This document shows positions 1 through 12,907 of a DNA stretch of 64,000 nt, in pieces. This DNA comes from Amphiscolops sp. MND2022 (Eukaryota), in contig OZ076409.1 in the NCBI GenBank assembly GCA_964187785.1, forward strand, positions 5,334,001 through 5,398,000. The letters run 5' to 3'. The notes beneath the pieces were generated by a model. The model worked only from the letters and a program-made list of their open reading frames with translations, did not search any database and was not told where the DNA came from. Both the position numbers and the translations under genes were made by a program. Numbering within the stretch: the stretch's first letter is position 1; the number at the start of each line of letters is the position of its first letter.

Positions 1-629
1 TATCCACACGAACTGACCAAATAGTTCTACAAAAGTTCTACAAAATATTATTGCACCACAATGCACTATTTGGTCTAGCGAACTGAACCAAAAAGGTTTT
101 ACCTGTTTTTCCGCGTAACATACCAAACCGGGCGAGACCAAAGAGTCCCCCCTTTCAATTTTTTTCGGCACTGCGAGACATTTTTTTTCGGAATTTTTTT
201 TTCGAAATTTTTTTCCCCAAAGGGTCCCCCCTGCATTTTTTTGATGTTTTGCGACAGAATGGATGTTGAAAAACCTCAAAGGGTCCCCCCTTTCAGTTTT
301 TTCGGCATTGTGAGATTTTTTTCCCGAAAATGAAAAAAAATTTTTTCTTCAATTTTTCCATGTTTTGCGACAGAATGGATGTTGAAAAACCTCAAAGGGT
401 CCCCCTTTCAGTTTTTCGGCATTGTGAGACTTTAGCGCGCCAGGGGCTCGCGCTAGCGAGCCCCGGCGCGCCACTCGGTCCATTTTTTTAGTATGTAATT
501 TTTTCAAAAAAAATTTTTCGAAAAATTTTCGATTTTCGAGTACTGTAAAAGAATACTTGACACTTGGAAGTCTTTTTGCTATTTTTGAGCCTTGGATATG
601 GCGCCGACTTGGGCCGGTCCCGGCTTGTT
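1..629 (+). repeat. DINE-1/Helentron-like non-autonomous element, 3' part
   Basis: Ends ATATGGCGCCGACTTGGGCCGGTCCCGGCTTGTT; internal tandem AAAGGGTCCCCC units; GC hairpin at 435-471. Confidence 0.6.
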
Positions 630-2882
630 ATTTTTCAACCAAGAATCACCTATTTTTCTCACGAATCCTGGAAAAATGTCCGTTGATGATTTTTGGCACT
701 GAGTGATTTACGATTTTTAGTCAGCATTTTCAGAGAAAAAACACAAGTCTAACAGTGGCTAGTTTTTTTCGTCATCTCAACAAGAACGGTTTGTTTTATG
801 TGGCACTGAGCACTTTTACCATCAGCACTTATTGTTTGATTTTTAACGTATCCAAAGCCTGTAACATGCGATACAAAACCATTGCAAAGCAGAAGGACTT
901 CGTTTCTACCTTTTTTGGCACTATGAGGCTTCTCCCTCCTTTCGGCTTTGTGAGACTTTCTTTTGAAAAGTTTTTGGTATTATGCAACAGAATGGCTGTT
1001 AAAAAATCCCAATTTGTTCCTCTTACATTTTTGACAAAGTGAAACTGTAGAAAATGCTCGTTTTTTGTCTAATATTAGGTTTTCTCAATATATATCCACC
1101 AATACGTTTTTCAATACCAAATATTCAATACGAAAGTATCGGGCTATACCCGAATTTTCGGAAAAAACTGCATTTTTTTCGGTAATATGCGACATTTTTC
1201 TAATTTGTTTTTATCGAAGCCCCCTCGATGTTTATTACAAACGAAAAGTTTTGCGAGTATAGAGAATTCCTAAGCGTTTTCGGCACTAGGGATTTACCGA
1301 GGGCATTTTTCGGAAAATTTTTGTCAGTTTTTAGTCGGCGTCTTTCCTTAAGGAAAAAAGCCCGACTATTACAGTGGGTAGTTTTTTTTCTTTTTCAGCT
1401 GACAATCTCACCCTGAATGGTCCACTTTGTTATAATCTTTTGTTCATTTGTTCAACTGGTGTTCTGAGAAGCAGGAGATCGCGGGTTCGATTCTTGCACT
1501 AAGCCACAAATTTTTTTATGCTTCCAAAAGTAGAGGCGAGACCAAAGTTTCTCAACCGTTGTGCAAAAGACCTAAGCTTTTTTCAGCATTATGAGACTGT
1601 TTTCGAAGAAAAATTTCAATTTTTTCAAAGTTTGTCGTTGTTTCCAGTTGGAGAAAAAGTGGCTTTCGAGTCTTGTGTGTATCATTTCGGGTTTTTTGGC
1701 ACTGTAAAATTGATAAAATTTTAACAATTGTGTCCTTTTGCATTTTTAAAAAAAATTAACTGTTTTGAACCTTGAGCAGGGCGCTGACTTAGACTGTTTT
1801 CCCCAAACAAAAATCATCGAACCAGTTTCGTCTCTCCATATTGTAAAATTACAATGCAACAAACAAAAAAAACAAACTCGTTTCCTGTTTCCAATTTGGC
1901 CCAATCTTTAACCAATCTAATAACAAATTATCAGCAACACAAATACTTTTGAGACCTGCTCAAATTTCAGACATCACAAAAAATTGACGCTATTATAGCT
2001 TCGTTATCATTGAAAATGATGAAACTGATAAATGATCAAATGTGCTTCAATTGATGCCAATTTTTGGTATGATTCATTGAAGTTCGCTTTGATTAATTAC
2101 CATCATTGAAAATGAATAAACGGGAGCTTTATTATTTTCATTTCAATAATGGTTTTCCTTAAAGCAAAAATTTTAATTTCCGACCATATTTCCTTTCATA
2201 TGGGAAACGAAAATTCATCTCTCAACCGCCTTTTCTCCAAAAATTTGTTTTGTTCCACATGATTTAAGGATAAAAAATTAAGCTCGCAGCATATGTATTT
2301 GTGGAGGAGGTGTTCAATTGTTTTGTAAAATGAATACTCAAAATGTTATTTATCATGAGTAAAATGAATACTCAAAATTATTCTATTTTTTTTATAAGGG
2401 CGGGCTTATAGCCGGGCTTTTTCGATCTTCAATTTTTTTGAGCGGGTATAACAATTCGGAAAATAAATCGAACATTTATGCATTAAACTGGGCTATATAA
2501 TTTCCGCAATTGATTCCTTTTATTTGCTCTAAGTGAACAAAATTTTAGTGAAAAATGTTTTATTCGCACAGCTCGTAGAGCCTAGATGTCTGCCAAAAGC
2601 TGTCTGATGTTGAATTTTTGAATTCCGTTGTAAAAAATGAGGTTTTTGAAATCTCATGATGCTTAAACCTGATTATCATTTACAATTTACTTTCTGGTAT
2701 CAAATTCGTTTTCGGTCAGTTTCGTCGGATATTAAAAATGTTCAATAATTTCGGGTCGTGTTAGGATTTTTGAAACGGGCTCGGGCCGGGCTTCGGGTAG
2801 AAAATCATGACCCGGTTCAACTCTGCTGATGGGAGTTGACATGTTTTTTTTGCATTTGGAATTCTGTATTCTGCTGTTTCAG

Positions 2883-3021
2883 CCCCGATCGATTCTCGGA
2901 ATTCGGAGACCTGTTGCAGAGCCCAGAGGTCAAGGGTATCATTGGACCCGAGTGCTCGCACCACTCAAATGGGGTCGTCTCCTTCTTTGCGCACCCTTTC
3001 TTCAAAAACACGAGATACCAG
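2883..3021 (+). CDS. Host GPCR exon (PDRFSEF...GIIGPECS...NTRYQ)
   Basis: TTTCAG acceptor, CAG|GTAATA donor; IIGPxCS motif of the ANF-receptor fold. Confidence 0.75.
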
Positions 3022-6000
3022 GTAATACCGTCTTCGAACATGTAAAATAACAAATAAGCCAGGAACTGCGTAAGTCGGCGCCATACCTAAGGCTCAACAA
3101 TAGTACAAGGACTTCAAAGTGTCAAGTATTCTCTTCTACAGTACTCGAAAAACCCAAAAGTTGGACCGAACTGGCCAGCTAAAAGGGGCGACCCTTTGGC
3201 ATCTTTCAACATCCATTCTCTCGCAGAACATCAAAAAATTGAAGGCGGGACCCATTGAAAAAACGTCTCACAATGCCGAAAAAAGACTGAAAGGGTGACC
3301 CTTTAGTCTCGCCCGGTATTGTATGTTACGCTGAAAAAAAAAGAAACAACTTTTATATTTCAGTTCCTTGTGCCAAATGGTCCAATTTGACACCTTGAAG
3401 TTTCATAGATCCGTAGTTGGTCCGTTCGTGTGGATTGAAAAAAGTCACTATTATAGTCGCGTTTCGCTTCATGAAGCGCCGAGTAAATATAACATACCTC
3501 CAAACGCCGGCCAGGTGATAAGAAACAATGTTCAAATGTCATAATGTCGACATCGTTTGCGTTGAAAATTTGGTTCAATAAAGTAATTGATGTCGACATA
3601 ATCCTATCTTTTAACCTGACTGCCGATTTGGCTTGCTCCAAGTGTGAACTTTTGTTATTTTGGACTATAATAGCAAACAAAATTCCAAAACAGCTGTAGA
3701 GTCAATCTTCTAAGCATTTACAATCATATAGTATCCTATAAAAAACTCTGCAAACGTTGGGAAGTAATACTCAAAACATATTTGTCAAAGTCTTTGAAAA
3801 AATGCTCATTCTATATATTTCAGGGTTGGCTGTTAATCCGATTAAAAAGCTTCAAATCAGGATTAAGATGATTTTGAAAATCAGCAAGCAGAAAACTGAA
3901 TATTTTTGTGGAATAGGTTCAAAAACTGGATCAGAAAACAAGTTTTTGGAATTGTTAACTTCGAATTGATTTTTAGTTTTCGATTGGAATTAACAAAGTC
4001 TAAAGTAATGAGAGCGAATTCCGATTGTACAGCCTGATTGCTGGGAACGAAATTTACAAAGGGCGTATTCCTAGATCAAGTTACTCATCCACGTCGAGAA
4101 ACTGGCCTAATTTAACTGATTTTAACCAATTATAACTAAAGTAGTTTTAATAAAATTGATTATAACCTGCCAACCCTGATGTATGACTAATGAATGGTCA
4201 GTCACCCACAGGTACCATATATGGAAGTGAGAGTGACTTTGTTGTTAGGGGCGACAACACTTCGTGGGGTAGTTTTCGTGGAAGAAAAGCAGTGTTTGTA
4301 AATCTTCAGTTGAGTTGATTCAAATCTACAAAACCATCGAATTCCATGATATCAAATTCATGAGTTTATTGAATGACACAGTGACCTTTTGACCTTTTGA
4401 CCTTTCCAGAAGCCGTTTCTGACCCCGTCGGCGACGTCACGTGACCCGTTCTACCTGGGCCCGGGAGAGACACAGCTGTTCGCCTCCCTGGTAGCCGATG
4501 TGCACCAGATGCAGCAGCTGAGTGTGAAGATAGCGCACAAGTTCGGCTGGAAAAGATTCGGCATTATGCACTCGATGGGACACCTGCCCTGGGTCAAGAC
4601 TCTCGAAGGTAAGTTCCGGTCACTTTCATAATCTTGCTAGTTGAGTCACCGCTGCTTGTTGATATTACTAATTGAGGCGAGTTTTGGAAATATTTGATTA
4701 GCGGTTCCAACTAGCGCCAATCTATAAAAAGTCTAAATAAGTAAGAAGTTTCACGGAGTTTCAAAGTTTCCACAAAGTGAAGTTTTCCACCTTTTCTCGT
4801 GCAAAAGCTAAATTAAGTCTTCGTTTTATTTTAAAAAGTACTTGAAGGTAATTAGTAAACAGTGTAATGTGACGACAAGCAGTAGCCGTCGCTTTCGTCA
4901 TCTATGAAGATGGAGAAATTCACAGGATGGGTATTTGCCTCTTGAAGTAAAATTTGTCCCGTCAGGAGAGGATTTCGCCTCTAAGGAGTACTTGCCGACC
5001 TATTCGAGTCTGTAATTGCTAGCAGCAACGGGCATCTGGCTTTTGTTCTCTTAAGATCACCGCTTAGATAAGTCATAACAAGACGGGAACGTCTAAAGTC
5101 GGCGCTATATCTAAGGCTCAAAAAGCGCAAACCATTTTTTTGGAGAAATACTTGAAATTTTCGAAAAAAAATTTTCTTTCGGAAAATGTCACACAGTGCC
5201 AAAAAATGTAAAACAGGGGACAGTAGTAAATGTACGTGGCATTATATGTGGGGGGGGGGGTTGAGTGAGTAACCGAATATGGTCATAACACGGACTCCAA
5301 ATGACGTCATGATTGCGACACAATGACGTAACCGAATGCAAAACATTTAGAATAACGTCACCAATCATTACATTTCATTGGTTGACGAAAAAAAACGACT
5401 AACAAAAGTGGAATGGTTTTTGTTAAAAATAACGCAGACTTCAAATAACGTCATGATTGCGACACAATGACATAACCGATTGCAAAAAAAAAACATTTAA
5501 AATGACGTCATCAATCATTACATTTCATTGGTTGACAAAAAAGAGCGACTAACAAAATGGTTTTTTTCCATTGAGCCAAGCAAAAACTGAGTCTAAATAA
5601 AGATAGTTTTCTTGGTGATAAAGTAGTACTTTGCACAAATCCTAATTATCTTGCCTTCTTCCTTCTAGTGGGATCTGTTGGTATCCAGGTTTGAGCCTCA
5701 GCACATCCTCAATATTCTTTCCTAGTATTTGTGCAAGGGCTACTTTTCGGCAAAAAACACTGATGGTTCAAAACGAAAAGTGTAAATTCTCTACATTTGT
5801 GTTTTCGTGAATACTACTTTGAATTTAGAGATTTACGGATATTGAGAATTTGAGCAATGATTCGGACAGTCTTGCAACAGACAGCGGTTATAATTCAATG
5901 GTGTCATTTGACGAAGATGATGATGGTGATGATGGTCTAATGCATCTCAATGTTGAGGTTGTAGAACTGTTTGAACGCTTGTTGTCATGGCTGGATCAGG

Positions 6001-9000
6001 TTCAACAAATTGACGACATTTTGCAAGACTGGATGATTGATGATGAGTAGTTTGTATGATAATGTCGAAAAACCTGGAAAGAATAATATTTTCATGAATT
6101 CTGGCTGAACATGAAAACCAAAATTTTTAAACTCTTTTAACCTTTTTCACGAATCTGACGGATTTTTTCTTTTCCGAGACGCTAATTCAAACTGTTGAGC
6201 AAGCGTTTTTGCAGTCTCTAAGTCTTCCATTGTTAGCAAGGGCTCTCCCGACGAGTCAACCAGGTCAGGAAATAATTCAGCAAACGTGCAAGTTTTGCTT
6301 TGCATTTTCTAAATAAAAGTAAAAAGCTTTACAAACATTCGTGAATTGAATACTCACAGAGGACAAAAGTCAGCTACCATCACTTGTACCTCTAAATCTG
6401 AGGTTGTTGCTTTTGAAACTTTGTCTTCGAGCAGTTCCACTTTTTTCAGCAATTCAAGCTCCTCCATGTTCAAATTATCAGTGTTCTAAAGCAAAATTAA
6501 CCTTGTCCATGTCAGAGACTTTTACAGCAAGAAAAAGCAAAGATTACCTTTAAACTTTGTTCAAGATAGCTACTTGTGGATGGCTTGTTGTTACCATCAG
6601 CTTTATCATCCTCAAAGTATCATGCGACCTTGTTTTTATCATCCTCTATGAACAATTTCTCCAAAAGGTTCCTTTCTGATTCATCAACTTGGTATTCCGC
6701 AGCATCGTCCGGAAACAACACTTTATTTTGTTTGTTACTGTTAGGGGCAGTATTTTTTTGACTAACTGTGCTGTCATCACCAAGAGGTGTGTCTGAAACA
6801 TCATTAATACAAACTCGCAATTGGACTATATTTCACCTCTGGTTGGATTATGTTTAAATGTTTACCTAAACCAATAATTGCTTGTCTCGTCCTCTTCTTC
6901 TCTTTGCGAAAAACAGTAGGAGGAACAGTTGTATTTTTTCGAGTCGGTGGTGTCCATTCATTGTTAGCCATTTCTGAAAAGTTGATGAGCTTTCGTCGAA
7001 ACTGAAAGAAAAAAAACAAATATATTCAAACAAGTTTTTTAGAGAAAAAACTTCAGAGTTACGTTATACATTTATTGGGGATGTTGTAACACCATCAGCA
7101 TGCACAAATAGTTTGTTATAAAAATATGTTATAGACATTTTGTTTTGTTTATATGTGAACATGTTTCCTCGGTAGTAGCGAAATCCCTTGTTAGTTCCTT
7201 CGTAGGGCACTTTGTTGAACAAGACAGATTTAAATCTTTCCAATGGCGACTCTAGATTTTTGTTGCTTCCCTTGAGAGCCATTTTCATCTTTTTGTTGTT
7301 TTCGTTAAATGCACAGTAGGTTTTGCTGTTGAGACAAATCATTTCCGTTCCTTTCCATTCAATTTTGAAAAGTCCAGGTGTTCTTTTATCCATTGCACCG
7401 TGTTCTTTACAGCAGCTTCGTGTTAGAAAATTCAGTTGAGCATTTGGTAGATAGCAATCTTCTTCTTCATGATAATGCTTTGCATTTTCTTGCATTTGTG
7501 TCTTTGCAGCCTCAGTGAAACAATCGAAGAGGTCGTTTTCTGTCAAAGCCATGTAGAAAGAGTCGGTGTCCATCTCTATAGCCCGAAAAGTTCTTGGTCT
7601 CATAATTCTGCCGAGAAAGTCGTAACGAAACTCCAACATTCTTTGTTTTCCATTGTTTAGTACTGTAAAACCAACGAGAATGGGTTCATCGTGCACAATT
7701 TTCCTTTTAGCCATGTTGATTTCGTATATTTTTTCATCCACAATGTCATAGGACCGGAATTTCGGAGAATTGATTTTTTGATCAACTTTTCTTTCATCAA
7801 CAAAAAGCGTGTTTTGAAATTTTGATTTGTTTATGAGTTGGATGCCATATGCGCTGTTTCCAATAAGTTTGGATGTTTCTGCAATCACACTGAGCGACTT
7901 GTCTACATCTCCTCGACGCCTGTTTTCTGTTACAAAATCCAAAAAATCTTTGAAGGGTTGTGCTTTTTTGTAACAAAGAAACTGGTAGCATTTTGCTACA
8001 ACCAAACCATGTTCTAAACACCACTTGATGTAGTCGGTAGATAACATTATCTTTTCTCCAAATTAGCTGGCGACAAGACATTTCCAACCGTTTTTCATCA
8101 AACCGAACTCTTTGGCATAATCTTGCATTTCCGCGGAAAGATGTTGCCTCTCGACAGTTGTATTTTTGAAGATGGGTGGAAGTTCTTTAAAGTGTTCCTT
8201 CAAGTGATCTGGAACGTGGATGTCAATTTCAGCTATTCCATAGACTTTTTCTTTCCAAACTGCATTGAGAAAAGTCTCCAACGTTGAAAACTTTTGTGGT
8301 AGACAATCAAGTTTTCTCACAAACTCTTTTATTTCGGGGTCTGTTTCTTTAAGCTGATTGCATTGACACTCCCATTGCTCAATTACACGATATCCTGCGT
8401 TTAGAATAACTTCCGTACGCTCCTTGTCATTTTCACGTATTTTCGCCGGTGTTTTTCCATGAATTAGAGGCGGCTGAAACACTTAGCAGTTTGAAGCACT
8501 TCAAAAGAAAGTATGATTCATTATTTCAAAACTAAAATTTTGTCAACTAACCAAACTTATACAGTCATGGGCGTGATGATAACATCCCATAAATTCCCAA
8601 ACAGTTTTACAGGACACACAGATAGCATCGGGAACGAGTGTTCTAACTTGGTGGCGCATATTTGTGAAACGAGTGGTCACTGAACAACTTGGGTTTTGGT
8701 CGTGATGATGTTTGGAGATAAAAGCAACATACTGTCGTTCGGCTTGTAAAAATTTACTTTTTTCGGAAACTAGAGCGTTGTCGCTGTTGCAAACGTAATG
8801 AGTCAACGGTCCAGTTGGCATGTTCCCACCAATAGCAGATAAATACAAAGCGTTGGCATCATAACCAACTATTGATTTGACTATTTCATCATTGATGGCA
8901 GTTTCATTAACTTTTTCGTAACGACTAAACACTATACTTGGTCCTCCAAAAATGTTGTTTCGAACACTTTGATACAAATCCTTGTGTTTATAATTGAACA

Positions 9001-12000
9001 AAAAAATTCCTTCGCCTTTGTTTGATCGATGTAAAATTTTGTTGGCGGCGCCACTGAGTGTTAGAGTTTCTTTCAGCAAGTCAATCGAGTGTTGTTCATA
9101 GAAACGGGCCATTTTGGTCACAGCCTTGTGGAGGGGATAAACATCAAGGTTATTGTAATATTGTAAATAATCCATCATTGTTTGAAACCCTTCGTGGTCC
9201 CATGTTTGTTTAATGTCCTCATATACTTCCAACCCTGTCTTTGGTCTACTTGGATCAGTGAGGCTGCCTCCGTTCCGAACAAAACTGTTAATCTCGTTCT
9301 CCAAAACGTTTTCATTCTTTAGTGAGGAAAAGAATGCTTCGTAGGGTGGTAATGAAGTTTCTTGTAAAATTTCAAAACTGGTTAGATGTTCGTAAGGAAA
9401 GAAAAACTTGCTGACTTCACTACCATAGGCTTTCAAAAACTTGTCTAATGATGTACCAGCTGCAACAAAATGACTACAGTCCATGAAGCGCAGGTTTGGT
9501 GTCGAAAGGAGTAGGAAGCGAGTATTTCGTTTAATACACTTGATGGATGACAAGCTAACAAAACGCTGCAGAGACTTTAAAAGGTATGACTTTATCAAGT
9601 TCAAATCGTAGAATCCACTATTGAAACCAACAATTGGTAGCTGGTCAATGTATTGTAAGAACTGTGTTCGTGTTCTTTTCAGGAATCTGTGCAATCTCTG
9701 CTGTGTGCTGGATACAGTAGTAGTAGCGGTAGTGGTTTCGTTTAGAGCAGCTTCTTCATCATCTGAGTGTATGTTCTCTCCCATGGTGGTGTCATCTGGT
9801 TCAAATTCTAATAACATTTCATCAATTTTTTCTAGATAGGGTAAAAATTTTTGTCGCTGGTGAGAGATATTTTTGAGGGACAAGTCCATTAAATAGTCTA
9901 CAAACTTGTCTACCAAAACGTTAGGGTCTTTTTCCACTAACCATTTTGCAGCCGATTCCTCTGTTGTAATGTTTTGATATATTGCAACCGATACGGGAAT
10001 ATGTTGATGAGTAAACTCCAATTTTTTCGTCTTGATGAAACAATCATCTTGGTTGATATCAAATCCATTTGTTTGCTGTTGTGATGATGACTTTTGTCTC
10101 AAAATGGATTCAAAATCAAAAGTAACAAAAGACTTGTAGAATCTATGCTCATGCGGAACACAGACATCAAACACGGTCTCTAGCGTCGTGAAAAAAGTGT
10201 CAGTGGGCGTGTATTTCCCACCTGGATAGGAATGATCTGACTTTTCCGAGCATGACTTTAGATGGCGATTCAATTCAAACAGTCGTGAAAAGTACTGTTC
10301 TCACTTGATGCACTTGAATCGTCGAAAAAATACATTTAAATTTCGGATTAGACAAGTGTGATTATCGACTAGAAGCAGATCAACAAAATTGGATTGCATA
10401 TCCATTTCCAATGTTTTACTTCGGTATAACAATTCACCTTGTACTACATTATTTACATCAAGCTCAGCTGAAAACACTCGGATGGCGCAAGAACAAAACT
10501 TTTCAACGTCTGGCAGGTCCGTCAGCTCGATACCGGCAAAATCTTGAACGTTCTTTTGCACTCCGCGAATGTACTTTTGAAAAAGTTCCATTGTTTTAGA
10601 TTCCAATCCATGCATAGAATTTTGTTGAAAGGCAGCCAAGGCACGAAATACGCAAAGATTATCATTAAACTTTCGTTTCGTAGATCTGCTCTGGGTAAGT
10701 GTCCAAACACTCCTTGCGGACTTGATAAAGTCCGAAATATCTATTACATCTTGATCGGTGCTGCCCATTGGCAGGCGTGACAAGTGTGTGGCATGTAGAG
10801 AGACGTTGGTTAAACAGAAGAAAGTCCATTTTGTGCTGTCGCGAAAGTTTGTAAATTTTTCAATGAAGTCAGTGCTGAAAATGTCTTGTTTTAACAGTTT
10901 GAAGTGTTCAAAGTTTTCTACTAGCTTTGGTTTGGGTAAGACCGTTGTATTGTCACTTGAGTAGTAGTACCGATATTCGCCAGTTTCGTTGTTTGAGAGA
11001 ATGTATCCAAAACTGACATTCATTTTGGATACCCTAGTTATTTTTGCAAAAGCTTCATCGAGTACATTACAAATATTATCAATCCCTTCATCCTTCAAAA
11101 GAAAATTGACAGTTGTTTGGTGGGGTAGCAAAACAATTTGATCCCCCATAATGTGTCTCTTTCTACGAACAAGTTCTTTCAGTGATTCATCATCGCCAAA
11201 TTGGGCATCGTTCAGTTGAGATTTTGGTGATTTTAACATTTCATGTTCGGTATGTGTATGCTGTTGCAACTTGAGCATTGTTGCAAAGGTTGGATCACAG
11301 TAGCCGCATTTGAAGTTTTTCTTTTTCACATGCTTCAGAGATTTATGAGTGTTGAGGTCTTGGCTACTTTTTGCAATGTATTTGCACTGTCCGCAGTGTA
11401 AATCATCCTTGTCGTGGGTCTTTTCATGTCGGTTTCGGTTGTATTTGCGCGAAAACTCTTTTCCACATTTACTACAAACAAAAGTTACAAGGGATTGCTG
11501 AGAAGTTGAAGGAGTTGCTGTTGCGCCGTCAGACGACTGCATCGTAATGAATAGAGAGCAGCAGTAGCAGCAGCACTTGCCGTCGTTCTTTCGGGAGAAA
11601 TTCAATCTAAACAAGTGTCTGTTTGTTACTACAAATTCAAATAATTTTCAAAGTTTTCTGGTAACTCCTGAATTTGCTGTGGCTAAACATCAGACAAACA
11701 AGTTTTGTAACAAAAATAAGCAGTGCAAATATCACATCATGCTTTATGGTTTTGACAATATACAAAACAAGTTGATGCATCTGAATTATGATTTTGAAAA
11801 TGTAAATTGTCCCTACAGTTATTTCAAATTCTTCATTATTCTTTCGGAAAAAGTTGTTTGTATTCATGGAAACTTCCTCATGGAACCTTTGTTATTAGCT
11901 ACCAAACACAATCGTATAAATCGAAGCAAAGAATGTGTCACGAGTCTACTTTGGAGACGGATTGGTCGGAAAAAAAGGAGACGACACTCACCAGCAACAA

Positions 12001-12872
12001 CCAACAGAGGGCCACAACACACTATAGCGTCGCTGATGAATATTGTTCAAATGCAGATTGTTGTCGCGACTCGTCTATTGGAAATTTTGCAACAACATTC
12101 TTCATCTGAAATTTCCACAACCACCACAAATGACATCAGCACAATAACCGAGTAATTTTCCTTTGCAAGCTTACCTTGCAACATCAAATCATTACTTTTG
12201 TTCACTACCTACAGTTCAGTTGTTATTTGCTGATTCAAAAAATTTTGACAAAATAAAAAATTTTCATCATGTCATCAACTGCTGTCATCAACCCTGTTCA
12301 TTGTAAAGTGTTGAAATGTTTTAAAGTTGAAGTTAGTACAAAACGTTACCTTTTAATTACAGTTAAAAGCTATCCGTCTTCTTCAGAAAGCTATACAAGT
12401 ATTCAACTTTTCATTTCAAGTTGGATGAAGAGACCAAGGAATACACACCACAAAAGTATTTGACTCTCAAGTTTCAAGAATTAAACAAAATTCCTTGGGA
12501 CGACGTTTACACCAACGTTGTCAATGTCTTCGACTTTTCACTAGACGTTCGCATGCCCTACCACAAGAATGATATGGACTATTTTGACTTCATCTTTGAT
12601 GTTCAAGACTTTATCTCAAACAAATCGAGAGTCGTCAGAGTAGCTTCCAAGCGTTATCCTCAAGCAACCTACTTGTACTTAAAACTCTTTATTCAACATC
12701 AAAAGCGCTGGAAAATGCAACAAACAATAGACATTTCTTGGATGGAGCTATCTCATTTATTGAGTGTTGTCAAAGAGATTCAGAGCTACCCAAATGGAAT
12801 ACCTAAAGAAGGAAGTCCAATCACAGAGACTGGCTTATTTCGTCCAATCGCAACATTGACTAACCCAGAAAT

Positions 12873-12907
<35 letters not shown>

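Noticed and set aside
1..1800. CRISPR-like or coding interpretation of the recurring AAAGGGTCCCCC / TTTTTCGGCA units and their F/K-rich ORFs
   Set aside because: Irregular spacing, no unique spacers or cas genes, eukaryotic context; these are internal units of a dispersed repeat
10301..10303. In-frame TGA at an expected Cys (also 58102-58100) and TAA at an expected Tyr (8065-8063), suggesting recoding or selenocysteine
   Set aside because: Neighbouring genes end normally at TGA/TAA and the same elements also carry frameshifts; single-base nonsense mutation is the simpler explanation
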